A stretch of DNA of 64,000 bases from Babesia bigemina (taxonomy: Eukaryota). Location of the stretch: assembly GCF_000981445.1 (NCBI RefSeq), contig NC_027217.1, positions 496,001 to 560,000 of the forward strand, in the 5' to 3' direction. Positions 36,050 through 45,700 of this stretch are shown here, one piece after another. Each line of letters opens with the position of its first letter. Positions within the stretch are counted from its first letter, which is position 1. Both the position numbers and the translations under genes were made by a program. The notes beneath the pieces are model-generated. The model saw nothing but the letters and a program-made list of their open reading frames with translations. It had not been told where the DNA came from and searched no databases.

Positions 36050-36691
36050 CTACTTCGCCTTGGGCGCTTTCGCGGCCTTGGCCTTCGACTTGGCGTTAAA
36101 CTTGTCCAGGAACTTCACGGCGAGCGGCCGCACGCCGCCGTTGCCGCCCTTCAGCAGACCCTCCTTGCGCAGCTCCTGGTACTGCTCCAGCAGCTCCTGG
36201 TGCTTGAGGCCCCCGAACAGCCCGTACTCCACGCAGTACACGATGGCGATGATGCTGCGCGGGTTGGCCTCGTAGAGGCTCTCGTAGAACCCGCGGGTGC
36301 CGTCGCCCTGCAGACGCTGACCGCCGCACATGCACGGAAACGTACCTTTGGCGGAGTTATGTGCTTCTGACCCGCTTTCCGGAAGATCGTGGGCGCTTCC
36401 TCGACCTTCACCGCGCGCGACGCCCGCGGCGCAGGCTTGGCCTTCTTGGTCTGAAACGCTGTGTGTCGGAGCGGAGGCGGTACACACCTCTTTGGCCTTG
36501 GGGGCCTTCTTGGCGTCCGCCTTGCCACCCTTGGCCGGCTTTTTCTCGACCGTCTTTTTAACAGCCTTCTTGTCAGGCTTGGCGGCGGCCTCTTTGTTCT
36601 TCGCAGCCTTCTCCTTGGCCGGCTTGGCAGCTGGCTTGGTCTTCACAGCGGACGCTGTCTTGGCGACCTTCTCACCCTCCTCCTTGGCCAT
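36050..36691 (-). CDS. Conserved hypothetical protein with Lys/Ala-rich N-terminus, 3 exons
   Basis: MAKEEGEKVAK..KPAAKPAKEK.., then GQKHITPPK|GDGTRGFYESLYEANPRSIIAIVYCVEYGL. Two short introns. Confidence 0.8.
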   Translation of the reverse strand: MAKEEGEKVAKTASAVKTKPAAKPAKEKAAKNKEAAAKPDKKAVKKTVEKKPAKGGKADAKKAPKAKEVCTASAPTHSVSDQEGQACAAGVARGEGRGSAHDLPESGSEAHNSAKGTFPCMCGGQRLQGDGTRGFYESLYEANPRSIIAIVYCVEYGLFGGLKHQELLEQYQELRKEGLLKGGNGGVRPLAVKFLDKFNAKSKAKAAKAPKAK

Positions 36692-37104
36692 TGCGCCAAC
36701 GTTTTCGCTACACTTTTGCGATGTTATTTCGGCACCGGCTGCCCGGGCGGCCGCCCCAAGGCGGGCGGTAAGGGAGGCGCCCTTTCGTCCGGCCTCCGCA
36801 GCGCACAAATACACACGTAGCGGGCCGCACGGCGCCACAATGCGAAGGCATGCCAGTCAGCCGGTACGATATACGTTGCGTACCTACATTTAAAACGCAT
36901 GTCTTGTTTTCCGCCGACGCGTTGCGGAGCCTGGCGGCGAACGGCGCGGGGCCAGGCTGCCCCGCAACGAGCTGTCTAACCGACACGTTGTCAGCAGAAT
37001 AGGCCGTTAGGCCGTCGTGTAATAGCTTTACGGTTCGCATGCTCGGAGCGGAGCTTTTAACATTGTTACGTACGCGTTCTTGAGCCTGCGCCAGCAGCTC
37101 CACA

Positions 37105-40100
37105 TCAGGAGCTCTGGGCCGACCGTTTGCGCTTCGTGCCCTCTGAGGCGCGTTCCACCAGTCTGCTCCCGACTGCCACATCCAATTCTTGCTTCACATG
37201 CGCGAGCAATTCGCTGTGCCCCGCTTGCGGCGGCTCCGGTTCGTTGTCGCTCAGGTCCCGGTCGGTCCCCGCCGAGACCCAGCCGAAGTTGCGGATGAAC
37301 AGGTTCTCAGCACAGGCGGCATCGTCCTCGCCAGGGCCCGGCTTCTCCGCTGCGGCGACGATGGACTCGGCGTTTGCCGCAATGTGGGTTACATGCGAGG
37401 ACCTGCGCTCGCCGAACAGTGAATGCAGCCGGCTGCTCAGCTCCTCCGCTTGGTCCTTTATCGAGGCGCTCTCGCCAGCAGCGCCGCCCGCGACGGCGAG
37501 CGCGCCGGGGGCGGTCGTATCGCCGCCGTCGCCCGGCCGTTCCGCGTCGCCGGCGCGCCTGCCCAGGTTCGAGGACCGCGCGCGCTTGCAGATGATCAGC
37601 AGCGCAGCTAGCAGAATGTCGCTCTCCAGCAGCACCCTGTTGATCAACGGCATCGAAGCTATCAGCTTCGCCATGCACCGCTCGTCCTGGCACAGGCCAA
37701 GCAGCACGTGGGCGTACACCACGATGGCCGGGCGGTCGCTCGGCGCGGTCGCCTGCAGGCGGAAGCACACCTTCTCCACGATAGACTCAGCCTGCCGGTC
37801 ACGTCGTATGAACTTGAGCAGCATCTGCAGGACCTTCAGGTTGCGTTTAACGGACTGGCGTCTTCGGTTGCGCGCAAGCGTGGCCACCATCTCGGGGAAG
37901 CAGTTGTAGATCGTATTGGCGTTCTTGCGATCCACCTCGTGGAAGAACGTGCGCGCGCAGTCCGAGACCTTAGAGTGCGTGTCCAGGGTCAGGAACATCA
38001 TCGCGTCCACCAGCTTGCCTCGGGGCTTGACCATGTCGTTCATCACCAGGTGGGTGAAGACCAGCACCGCCGTCTCGCGCACGCGGTCGTCCCTGTCCAG
38101 CAGGATGGGCCACACCTCGTCATTCCACGGCTCCAGCAGGTTGGGGTGGCGGCACAGCAGGTCGCCGTAGCTGATGAGCAGGGTGGCCCGCAGCTCCGAT
38201 GCCACGGGCTCGCTCAGGTAGTAATAGTTTCGCAGCGACCCTATTAACGCACCGCTGTCCGCTCCCGGCGCGAGGCGCTTGTTCAGCAGCAGCGATATGA
38301 TCACCTCGAGGACGGAGCACGCCGGGCGCGAGGCGTCATCCGGCTGGAAGAGCGACCTGCAAAACCGCTTGGAGACGGCGGCCATCTTGCACAGCGCTAT
38401 GGCCGCGCAGGTCTTGAGGATTGACACCTCTCGCTGCGCCGCGGCCAGAGCCTGCTGGGGGACGGCCGAGGGCTCTGAGAGGTCCCCACGGCTCCAGTGG
38501 TGGCCGCCGGAGGAGCCGTGCGTCACAAAGTGCAGCGGGTTGCGAAGGCACGCGACTATGAGCGACCTCACAGGACCGCCGAGCAGATTCTCGCAGACGA
38601 TGCTTTTGTCGCACAGCTGCTCGAACAGGTCGCGCTCCTGCTCGTCGCTGCTGGCCACGCCCATCTGGCTCGATGCGTCGTTGGCCAAATTGCCCTCATC
38701 CAGGGCCTCCAGGTCGGCGCGTGCACTCTTCAGGTCGGTCTGCAGCCGGTCCATGCTGATGAGGGTGCGTATAGCGACGTGCCCGGACAAGAAGATCACC
38801 TGCGCCAGTTGACGCACGGTGGCGGTCGACGTGGCAGGGGCAGTGGCGGTGTCCGACTCCGCGCTTGGCAGCGCTTCGCTCGGCGGCCCACCTGGCACCG
38901 CCCCGAGTGACGACTTGTCGGCGCCGCTGCCGATGCCGGGCACGCCCAGCCTCTCCATCATGCCGCCGAGCGTCTGCGACCACACCGACTCCGCGAACTT
39001 GCAGTGGGTGAAGGTCACGTCGACTACGCACTGCGCCATGCGGAACCAGCTGTTGTCGGTGGAGCCGAACATGCCCACGAAGAGCTTGAGGATGTGCGCG
39101 GCGACGTCCTCCATCAGGGGGGACGGGGTCGCGCCGGCCAGAATGGAGCACACCTCGCCGAATATGGTGCAGGAGTGCCCCGCTGACAGCTGCAGCAGGC
39201 CGCGGATCGCGCTCAGCCGCTTCTCGTCGAAGTTGCGGATGGCCGCAGCGAGGGGCGACTTGCTCCGCAGCGAGGAGTTGATGAGCAGCCGCATCACGCC
39301 CAGCGCCACCCTCGGAGTGGCGTCGCGACCCAGCTGGTGGTTCGGAGCCAGCGCGATCCGCAGCAGCGCCACCATCACGCGGTCGAGGTTCGCAAAGTAC
39401 GGCTGGTCGCGCGCCAGGTTGACCTCGAAGATCTTCTCGATGGACGCGAACGAGGTCAGGGAGCTGCTCGAGAGCAGCTCGACCAGGCTGTTGGCGATGG
39501 CAGCCTCGTCGCCGTACGAGAAGTACAGGTTGCGGAACTCATGCAAAACTGCGTCCACCACGTTCTGGTTGTTGGACCAGGCTAGCGCCCAGACCCTGGG
39601 CAGGAGCTCCGTGGCTGGCTGCACCCCCATCAGGTGGCACGTGGCAAGGTACCGTATCGCCGCGCGCTGGTCGCCCTCCACCGACGACTTCAACAGGTCG
39701 CCGCAAACGCGGATGGAGGATTCCACCTTGGTGGCGATTTCGTGCACGTCGGTGTACATCTCGGCGGCCACCTCCAACTTGGCGCGCAACGTGTCCAGAT
39801 CGCGCCGGTCATCCCAACTGATGCTCTCGCCCAACTCCTCGTTCAATTCCCTGAGCAGCTGCTGGCATTCCTGCTCGCCAGCCTGTGCGTTTGGGGTGGT
39901 GACTGGGGCGTCGGACGGTTCAGCGGGGTCGGACCGCTCATCGGGCTTTGCGGCATCTGACGGTTCAGCGGGGTCGGACCGCTCAGCGGGGTTTGCGGAG
40001 TCTGACGGTTCAGCGGAGTCGGACCGCTCAGCGGGCTTTGCGGCATCTGACGGTTCAGCGGGGTCGGACTGCGCCTCGTCAGGTGCAACGGCCCCGTCTT

Positions 40101-42033
40101 CAGCACGTGGTCCGTGCCCCGCTTGCTCCGGCGTTTCCTCCCCCTCAGCAGCCGAACTGCCGCCTCTAGCGACATACGACAGGATGGTGTCGACCTTGGC
40201 CATTTGGGCGTGGATGATGCCGAGGTCATGCTTGAGGCCGGCGGCGTTCAGCGGCAGCATGAACCGCTTGGTCGTGGCGTCCAAGATCAGAGTGGTCAAC
40301 AGGCTGAGCGCACGCTGCCGCACCTGCGACCCCCGGTCCCACAAACGGGATATGGCGAAGCTCGCGGTGGTGACCAGCCACCGGATCGGCAGCGCCCCGG
40401 CCTCGAGGATTTCCTGAAACGCCTTGAGCAGCGAAGCGCGGGCGTACATGTAGGCGTCACACTGCCTTGCCAACAGCAGCTGCAGCATGGTCTCACGGTG
40501 GCGCGCGCACAGCGCCGCTTTCGAGGATGACGCGGCGTAGTCGCCGGCGCCGTCCGCCGGCGCATCGTCGCCCTCACCCTTGGCCATGATGACCATGAGC
40601 TTCACCGACTCCATGATGGACTTCCGCAGGTTGTAGCACGGCACGTCCAGCAGCTGCCTCAGCTCCTCCAGGCTCCTCAGGACGGCCTCCGGCAGCCTGC
40701 GCGCCATCCGCTCGATGAAGACGCCCACGTTGGTGTACTCCAGCTGGATCAACGAGCTCATCATTTGCACGGTGCCGCCCGACGCCTGCAGCACGAAGCG
40801 TTCGCGCACCAGCACCAGAAGCTCATTCACCACCGCGGCAGGTATCTCCGAGCCGTCCAATAGCACCAGCGCATCGGCGACGTTGACGGTGTGGCTCTTC
40901 TTCAGCTCCTCCGACAGCGTCACCAACCAGTCGTTGTCCACCCCGGAGGAGTCGTGGCGGCCGGCGGTGCTGTCGTCGGTCCTCGCCGAGTCCACCGGGG
41001 TGTCGCCAGGCTCATCGGCGGCTGCGGCCGCCTCCGGGCCGCCACCCTGCGGAACTCTGCCGGCCAACATCCTTCTAGCCTTAGCAGCCTGCATGCAATC
41101 CCTCATTATCTCGAAGTGGATCCTGATCAGGCGCGATAGGGCGTCCGTGAGCTTGTCGGTGGCGGGGCCCATGGCGGGCGTGCTCAACGCCAGCAGCAGC
41201 GTGTCCAGCAGCATCCGAAGCAGCGGCGAGTCCGGCCTGCCGATGCCGCCGTACTCCCCGCTGAACGGCACCCGGATGGCGCTGCGGGCCAGCTGCAGCA
41301 GCGAGTCCGCCAACAGCTCCAGCGCGACGAGGTTCACGTTGCCGTCATCCCCCGCCTTGCGACGACGTGCCCCGCCGCCGCGGGCGGACTTCCCCTTCTT
41401 GCCGGGCGCCAGATCCGACAGCAACGCACTCTTCTCGCCCTCCTTGGACGAGGCCACGGTGCAGCGGAAGGTCGTGCATACGAGGAAGACGCACAGGTGG
41501 CACAGCGACCGCAGCACCTGTCCCATGTCGCTGTGTTTCACCATCAACGCCGTGTCCGCGCCGTTGTACAGCATGGCGCCATGTTGCGATGCGCCCGATA
41601 CGCGAGATCCCGCGATCTTCCTCTCCAGGTCGAGGTACGAACGGTTGGCCGCCGCCTCGGCGCTGCTGAAGTAGGGGGTCGGTGGCACCTTTTCCAGCAC
41701 GTCGTGCGCTCGGCTGCACAGCGCGGCGAGCGTCTGGCTGAAGGCGAGCTGCCGAGCCCGCTCGAGGTTCGGAAAGTGCCTCGCCAAGTTGAAGGCGCAG
41801 CAAAACGTGTCGGTGGTCAGCAGGTTGAGGCATTCGTGCGGCGCCCGCGACGTCGCGGCCATCACCGGCCCCAAAGCTGCGTCAACGTCCTCCGCCGTCC
41901 ACCCGTCGGGGTCGGGGGCGGTGCTGGCGTCCAGCCGGCCAGCCTCCTCGGCCCCCGGCGGCCTAAGCAGCCCGCGGTAGTCGAGGCTCTCCGGGATTTG
42001 GAAGGCCAGCAAAGCGCCGTTCCCGGGCTCCAT
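37105..42033 (-). CDS. CND1: Condensin complex subunit 1 (Cnd1/CAP-D2/Ycs4)
   Basis: 1642-aa HEAT-like ORF with the Cnd1 C-terminal motifs LLISYGDLLCRHPNLLEPW, LVFTHLVMNDMVKPRG and ARTFFHEV..IYNCFPE. Confidence 0.92.
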   Translation of the reverse strand: MEPGNGALLAFQIPESLDYRGLLRPPGAEEAGRLDASTAPDPDGWTAEDVDAALGPVMAATSRAPHECLNLLTTDTFCCAFNLARHFPNLERARQLAFSQTLAALCSRAHDVLEKVPPTPYFSSAEAAANRSYLDLERKIAGSRVSGASQHGAMLYNGADTALMVKHSDMGQVLRSLCHLCVFLVCTTFRCTVASSKEGEKSALLSDLAPGKKGKSARGGGARRRKAGDDGNVNLVALELLADSLLQLARSAIRVPFSGEYGGIGRPDSPLLRMLLDTLLLALSTPAMGPATDKLTDALSRLIRIHFEIMRDCMQAAKARRMLAGRVPQGGGPEAAAAADEPGDTPVDSARTDDSTAGRHDSSGVDNDWLVTLSEELKKSHTVNVADALVLLDGSEIPAAVVNELLVLVRERFVLQASGGTVQMMSSLIQLEYTNVGVFIERMARRLPEAVLRSLEELRQLLDVPCYNLRKSIMESVKLMVIMAKGEGDDAPADGAGDYAASSSKAALCARHRETMLQLLLARQCDAYMYARASLLKAFQEILEAGALPIRWLVTTASFAISRLWDRGSQVRQRALSLLTTLILDATTKRFMLPLNAAGLKHDLGIIHAQMAKVDTILSYVARGGSSAAEGEETPEQAGHGPRAEDGAVAPDEAQSDPAEPSDAAKPAERSDSAEPSDSANPAERSDPAEPSDAAKPDERSDPAEPSDAPVTTPNAQAGEQECQQLLRELNEELGESISWDDRRDLDTLRAKLEVAAEMYTDVHEIATKVESSIRVCGDLLKSSVEGDQRAAIRYLATCHLMGVQPATELLPRVWALAWSNNQNVVDAVLHEFRNLYFSYGDEAAIANSLVELLSSSSLTSFASIEKIFEVNLARDQPYFANLDRVMVALLRIALAPNHQLGRDATPRVALGVMRLLINSSLRSKSPLAAAIRNFDEKRLSAIRGLLQLSAGHSCTIFGEVCSILAGATPSPLMEDVAAHILKLFVGMFGSTDNSWFRMAQCVVDVTFTHCKFAESVWSQTLGGMMERLGVPGIGSGADKSSLGAVPGGPPSEALPSAESDTATAPATSTATVRQLAQVIFLSGHVAIRTLISMDRLQTDLKSARADLEALDEGNLANDASSQMGVASSDEQERDLFEQLCDKSIVCENLLGGPVRSLIVACLRNPLHFVTHGSSGGHHWSRGDLSEPSAVPQQALAAAQREVSILKTCAAIALCKMAAVSKRFCRSLFQPDDASRPACSVLEVIISLLLNKRLAPGADSGALIGSLRNYYYLSEPVASELRATLLISYGDLLCRHPNLLEPWNDEVWPILLDRDDRVRETAVLVFTHLVMNDMVKPRGKLVDAMMFLTLDTHSKVSDCARTFFHEVDRKNANTIYNCFPEMVATLARNRRRQSVKRNLKVLQMLLKFIRRDRQAESIVEKVCFRLQATAPSDRPAIVVYAHVLLGLCQDERCMAKLIASMPLINRVLLESDILLAALLIICKRARSSNLGRRAGDAERPGDGGDTTAPGALAVAGGAAGESASIKDQAEELSSRLHSLFGERRSSHVTHIAANAESIVAAAEKPGPGEDDAACAENLFIRNFGWVSAGTDRDLSDNEPEPPQAGHSELLAHVKQELDVAVGSRLVERASEGTKRKRSAQSS
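39908..40069 (-). repeat. 45-nt in-frame tandem repeat (about 3.6 copies; SDPAEPSDAAKPAER) within Cnd1
   Basis: gacggttcagcgg(g/a)gtcggac recurs at 39914, 39959, 40004 and 40049. Confidence 0.95.
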
Positions 42034-42226
42034 GTTGCGATATGACAGTGATACACACCCCAGCAGCCGCTGACGAGCTGTCTACGGGCGCGGCTGAGGC
42101 CGGTCGCCGCCGCCGCAGACCAGGCGACGTGGCCACACACAAAACGACAATACGCACAAATCTCTACACACACGACACCGCAGTGATATTAAACATGGCT
42201 GTGATGCTTCCGCGGAGAATCGAGGG

Positions 42227-42673
42227 CTACAGCGGCGCCCCGAACGGCCCCCGGCGAGGCAGCGCCGCGCCTTCCACCGCCGACGGACGCGGCCCGGCGC
42301 CGGCAGGTAAGACGGGGTCGTCGGAGCAGACCGCAATCCGGTAGTCCATGCGATACGTCGTGGTCGCGCGGAACGGCACACGATTGCCGCATTGTGGCGC
42401 GAGCGACTCCACCCGGCGAGTAGGCAGGTCATAGCGCACGAAATCCGCCTTGTAAGTGCTCAGCGCCTGGTTGGGCGCGCTCTCCGTTGACTCCGCAATG
42501 TCGCCGCCAGCGCCCTTTGTTAAGACGGCAGACTCGCACATTCTAATTTTTTCCGGGGCTCCCACGCTAGGGGATTCCGTGCCGAGCATGACGTTCTTGT
42601 GCAAGGCAGCAAACCTGTGAAAACCGCGGTGCCTAAGCGGCACCAGCTTAGCTCCGTCTTCAGCGCGCTCCAT
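42227..42673 (-). CDS. Small protein with SAXO/MAP6-like Mn motifs (putative microtubule-binding)
   Basis: 148-aa ATG ORF containing ALSTYKADF and PFRATTTYRMDY. The exon structure may be incomplete. Confidence 0.55.
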   Translation of the reverse strand: MERAEDGAKLVPLRHRGFHRFAALHKNVMLGTESPSVGAPEKIRMCESAVLTKGAGGDIAESTESAPNQALSTYKADFVRYDLPTRRVESLAPQCGNRVPFRATTTYRMDYRIAVCSDDPVLPAGAGPRPSAVEGAALPRRGPFGAPL

Positions 42674-42760
42674 ATGTTCAGTAACAGACCTCAGAGTGAC
42701 GTGCCGCCGGGACTGGCAGTGCGCTTTCGGCGCAACGTACTCCAGCGCACGGTGACCGCG

Positions 42761-45700
42761 TCACCCGTGTCTGCTCGCGGGGCTGGGCTTCACCGCCGGC
42801 GGCACTTCGGCAGCGTCGAGCGCCCGCTTCTGAGGCGCTGGCTCGGTATTTCCCGCTTGGGCGCGCTCAGTGGATGGCGGATGCGGCGGCGGCCCGCCCA
42901 CAGCGTGCACCGGAGGGCGCTTCGGCCGCTCCAGCTTGTGTCCGGCCAAATAATTAGGCTGACCGTGCTTTCTGGGCGCGCCCGCATTCTGCTCCCTCTG
43001 TGAGCTGTGTGCCGATCTTGAGAATCCTTGTCCACCCTGGTGGGTTGGAGGATAGGCATCGTTCGGCCTGCGACCTCCGTTGGGCGGAGGTCCTCCAGGG
43101 TGGAAACGGCCTGCAACCCGTCCGTCCCTGTCGTGTCCGATTGGGTGTGTATGCGTAGGGCGTTGTCCTCTGCTGCCGTGCAAATCGCGGTTGCCGTCAC
43201 CGTCCCTCCTACCGCCCGCTCCATAGTGGTGCTGCGCGGCGTCACCAGCATTGAGGTGGGCTACAGAGCGGCCTTGCGGGTTGTAGTGCCCAGAGGGCTG
43301 TGCGTAGCCTCGGTTCTGTTGCTGGTGGTGTCGATTTGCGCCGCCCATGCCGTAGGGGTCGTAGTGGCCGGGGGCCGGAGTTGGTGTCGGGGTGCCGTGA
43401 AAAGGCTGCATCTGGGGAACTGCAAACCCGCGTTGTGCAGCGCCTGTCCGCCTTCCCGCGCCGTTATACGCACGATGGGCGTCCCTGCGTGAGCCGTCAT
43501 GGTGCGTCTGGTAGTGGTGAGGGTTGTAGGCGTTCTGCGACGGGTGGTGGTGCGGGTTGTAGGCGTTTTGCGACGGGTGATGGTGCGGGTTGTAGGCGTT
43601 TTGCGACGGGTGATGGTGCGGGTTGTAGGCATTTTGCGTCTGGTGGAAATCGCGGCCGAAGTTGCGCAACACATCGCGGTCCTTTTCAGCCCCGCCGCCT
43701 CCGCGAGACGGGCCGCGCCCCAACACGTTGGTGATCATCCTCTTGGCCACGTCGCAGTTGAACCCGCGGTTGCGACCCTCCTCCATCAGGTCCTCAATGC
43801 GCAGCACGCGCGACGGCAGCTGCGCGCCGTCCAGCAGGACGCTCTGGTGCTTTTTGTCGGCTTTGGAGACGAACTCACAGCGGTCGCCCTCGCAGGTCAG
43901 CTCGCCTACGAGCGCGCCCGTGCCGCCGCTGCCGACGAATAGCACGTCCTTCCTCACGCGGTTGCGATCCTGGAGTTCGGGTGGCAGCGACGCCTCAAGC
44001 GGGCGCGCCAGCTGTAGCAGCCTGGCCTCCTCGATGAACGGCAGCAGAGCCACCCACTGGTACTTGTAGCGTTTGCCGTTGGGGTCCTCCCGGAATTGCG
44101 TGGGGTAGAAGCTGGCGATGGGCGACTCGGGGTCGGTCATGAGATGACGCAGCTCGCCGGGCAGGCAGTGCGCCGAGCGGATGGGCATCACACTCAGCAG
44201 CTGCTGAAACGGGGTGTACGGCTCGCCGTAGTCGAAGCTGAACTCCATCCCCTCGAACTTCAAGTCGGAACAGAAGGGCGCGTAGTGGAACGGGTAGAAC
44301 CATCCCCAGCTGGCACAGCCCTGGTAGTAGTAGCGCAGCACCCAGCACATGCCCTTCACGTATTCTGCCGCCACTGTGGCGGCGAACGCGGACACGTCAT
44401 CGGTTTCCGATAGATTGAACTTTTGCCGATAGTAGGCAGCTTTCCACAGCTTGGAGTCGTTCAGCGACAGGTCGATGGGCTCCACCGGGTCGGCGATCTC
44501 ACGGTGCGCCTTGAGCAGCTCGTCGCAACGCTTCTTGAACGCGGCTGCCACGTCGAGCTCCGACATTGACGCCGCGCTTTTACAATCGGCGTTGTCGGTT
44601 TCGGACGCCGACGACCCATCCGACCCTTTCAAAGGGCCGACACTAGAGGCGGTGCCGTGGCCATTTGTCGTATGCGGTACTTCGTCCGGCGAACCACCTA
44701 CTTTGGATGGATTCGCACCGCTCGGGGCGGTGCCACGTGTAGACAAGCTGCGATCTGAATTCTGAGCATGGTGGGTATCCCTGGACGACTCGTCCGCTGC
44801 CGCCTTTTGTGACTCCTGTTGTGCCCGGCGCGCCTTCTGGCGCTGCTTGAAATCCTGCTCCGTTCGAAAGACGTCGTCCTCCACACGAGCGATGAACGAC
44901 ACAAACCGCTCCACCTGGGGGAAGTTAATCTCGCCCTCGTTTGTTAGGTAGTCGCCCAGATCTGGGAGCACGCTCTGGTACAGCAGGATCATCTGGTCGA
45001 TTGAGCCCCCGGGGATCGACACCGATGGCAGGTGCGGCAAAAAGTCGTTGCCGCAGAAGAAACACATCAGGACCAGGTCGTCGATGCAGCGCTCGAAGGC
45101 TATCGACCCCCCGCCACCGCTCCAACCCGCGGGGAAGTACAGCTGGTGCGATAGGTACTCCCGCAACACGGGGATGCGCAAAAACTGCATCGGCTTCCAG
45201 TTCTGCCGCAGCATTGAGCGGTAGGACTTGTCGCTCCGGAGCTTGGTGCACCCGGACAGCGGGTTCGCCTGCGCAGCTAGAACCGCCTTGCGGATCTCCT
45301 GTTCAGGTTTGCGCGTCGTAGGGATGATGACGGCGATCTCCCGGATGATGTAGAAGTTGACCTCGTGGGTGGCCAGACCCAGCATGATCAGGTCGGCGTC
45401 CATCCCGTGCAGCACGTGGCGGGTGTTGGGGTCGTGCTGCGGCGAGTGCCGCTGGTTCCTGATGAAGTTCATGATCTTGTGCTCGCCCTCGCCCGGCACG
45501 TTCGGGTCCGAGTATATCACGTGGATGCGCGACCACGACTCGAACACGCGGCGCCGCTCCTCGATGAACGACACGACGCGGCGACTCAGCTCGTGCATGA
45601 ACGGGGTGCCCGGCGTGATCACGTTGCTGTCCCAGCGCTTCTCCTTCGGCGGCACGACGATGTTCTTGCTGGCGAACTCCGCGGCCACCTTCTCGTACGT

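Noticed and set aside
36708..37181. Selenocysteine readthrough of the Cnd1 TGA, or a separate 157-aa gene
   Set aside because: The downstream hairpin has no AUGA/GA SECIS core, readthrough would add only a few residues, and the alternate ORF has no recognisable motif.
39908..43637. CRISPR-like arrays at the two tandem repeats
   Set aside because: There are no unique spacers, the units are in-frame coding repeats, the context is eukaryotic and no cas genes are present.
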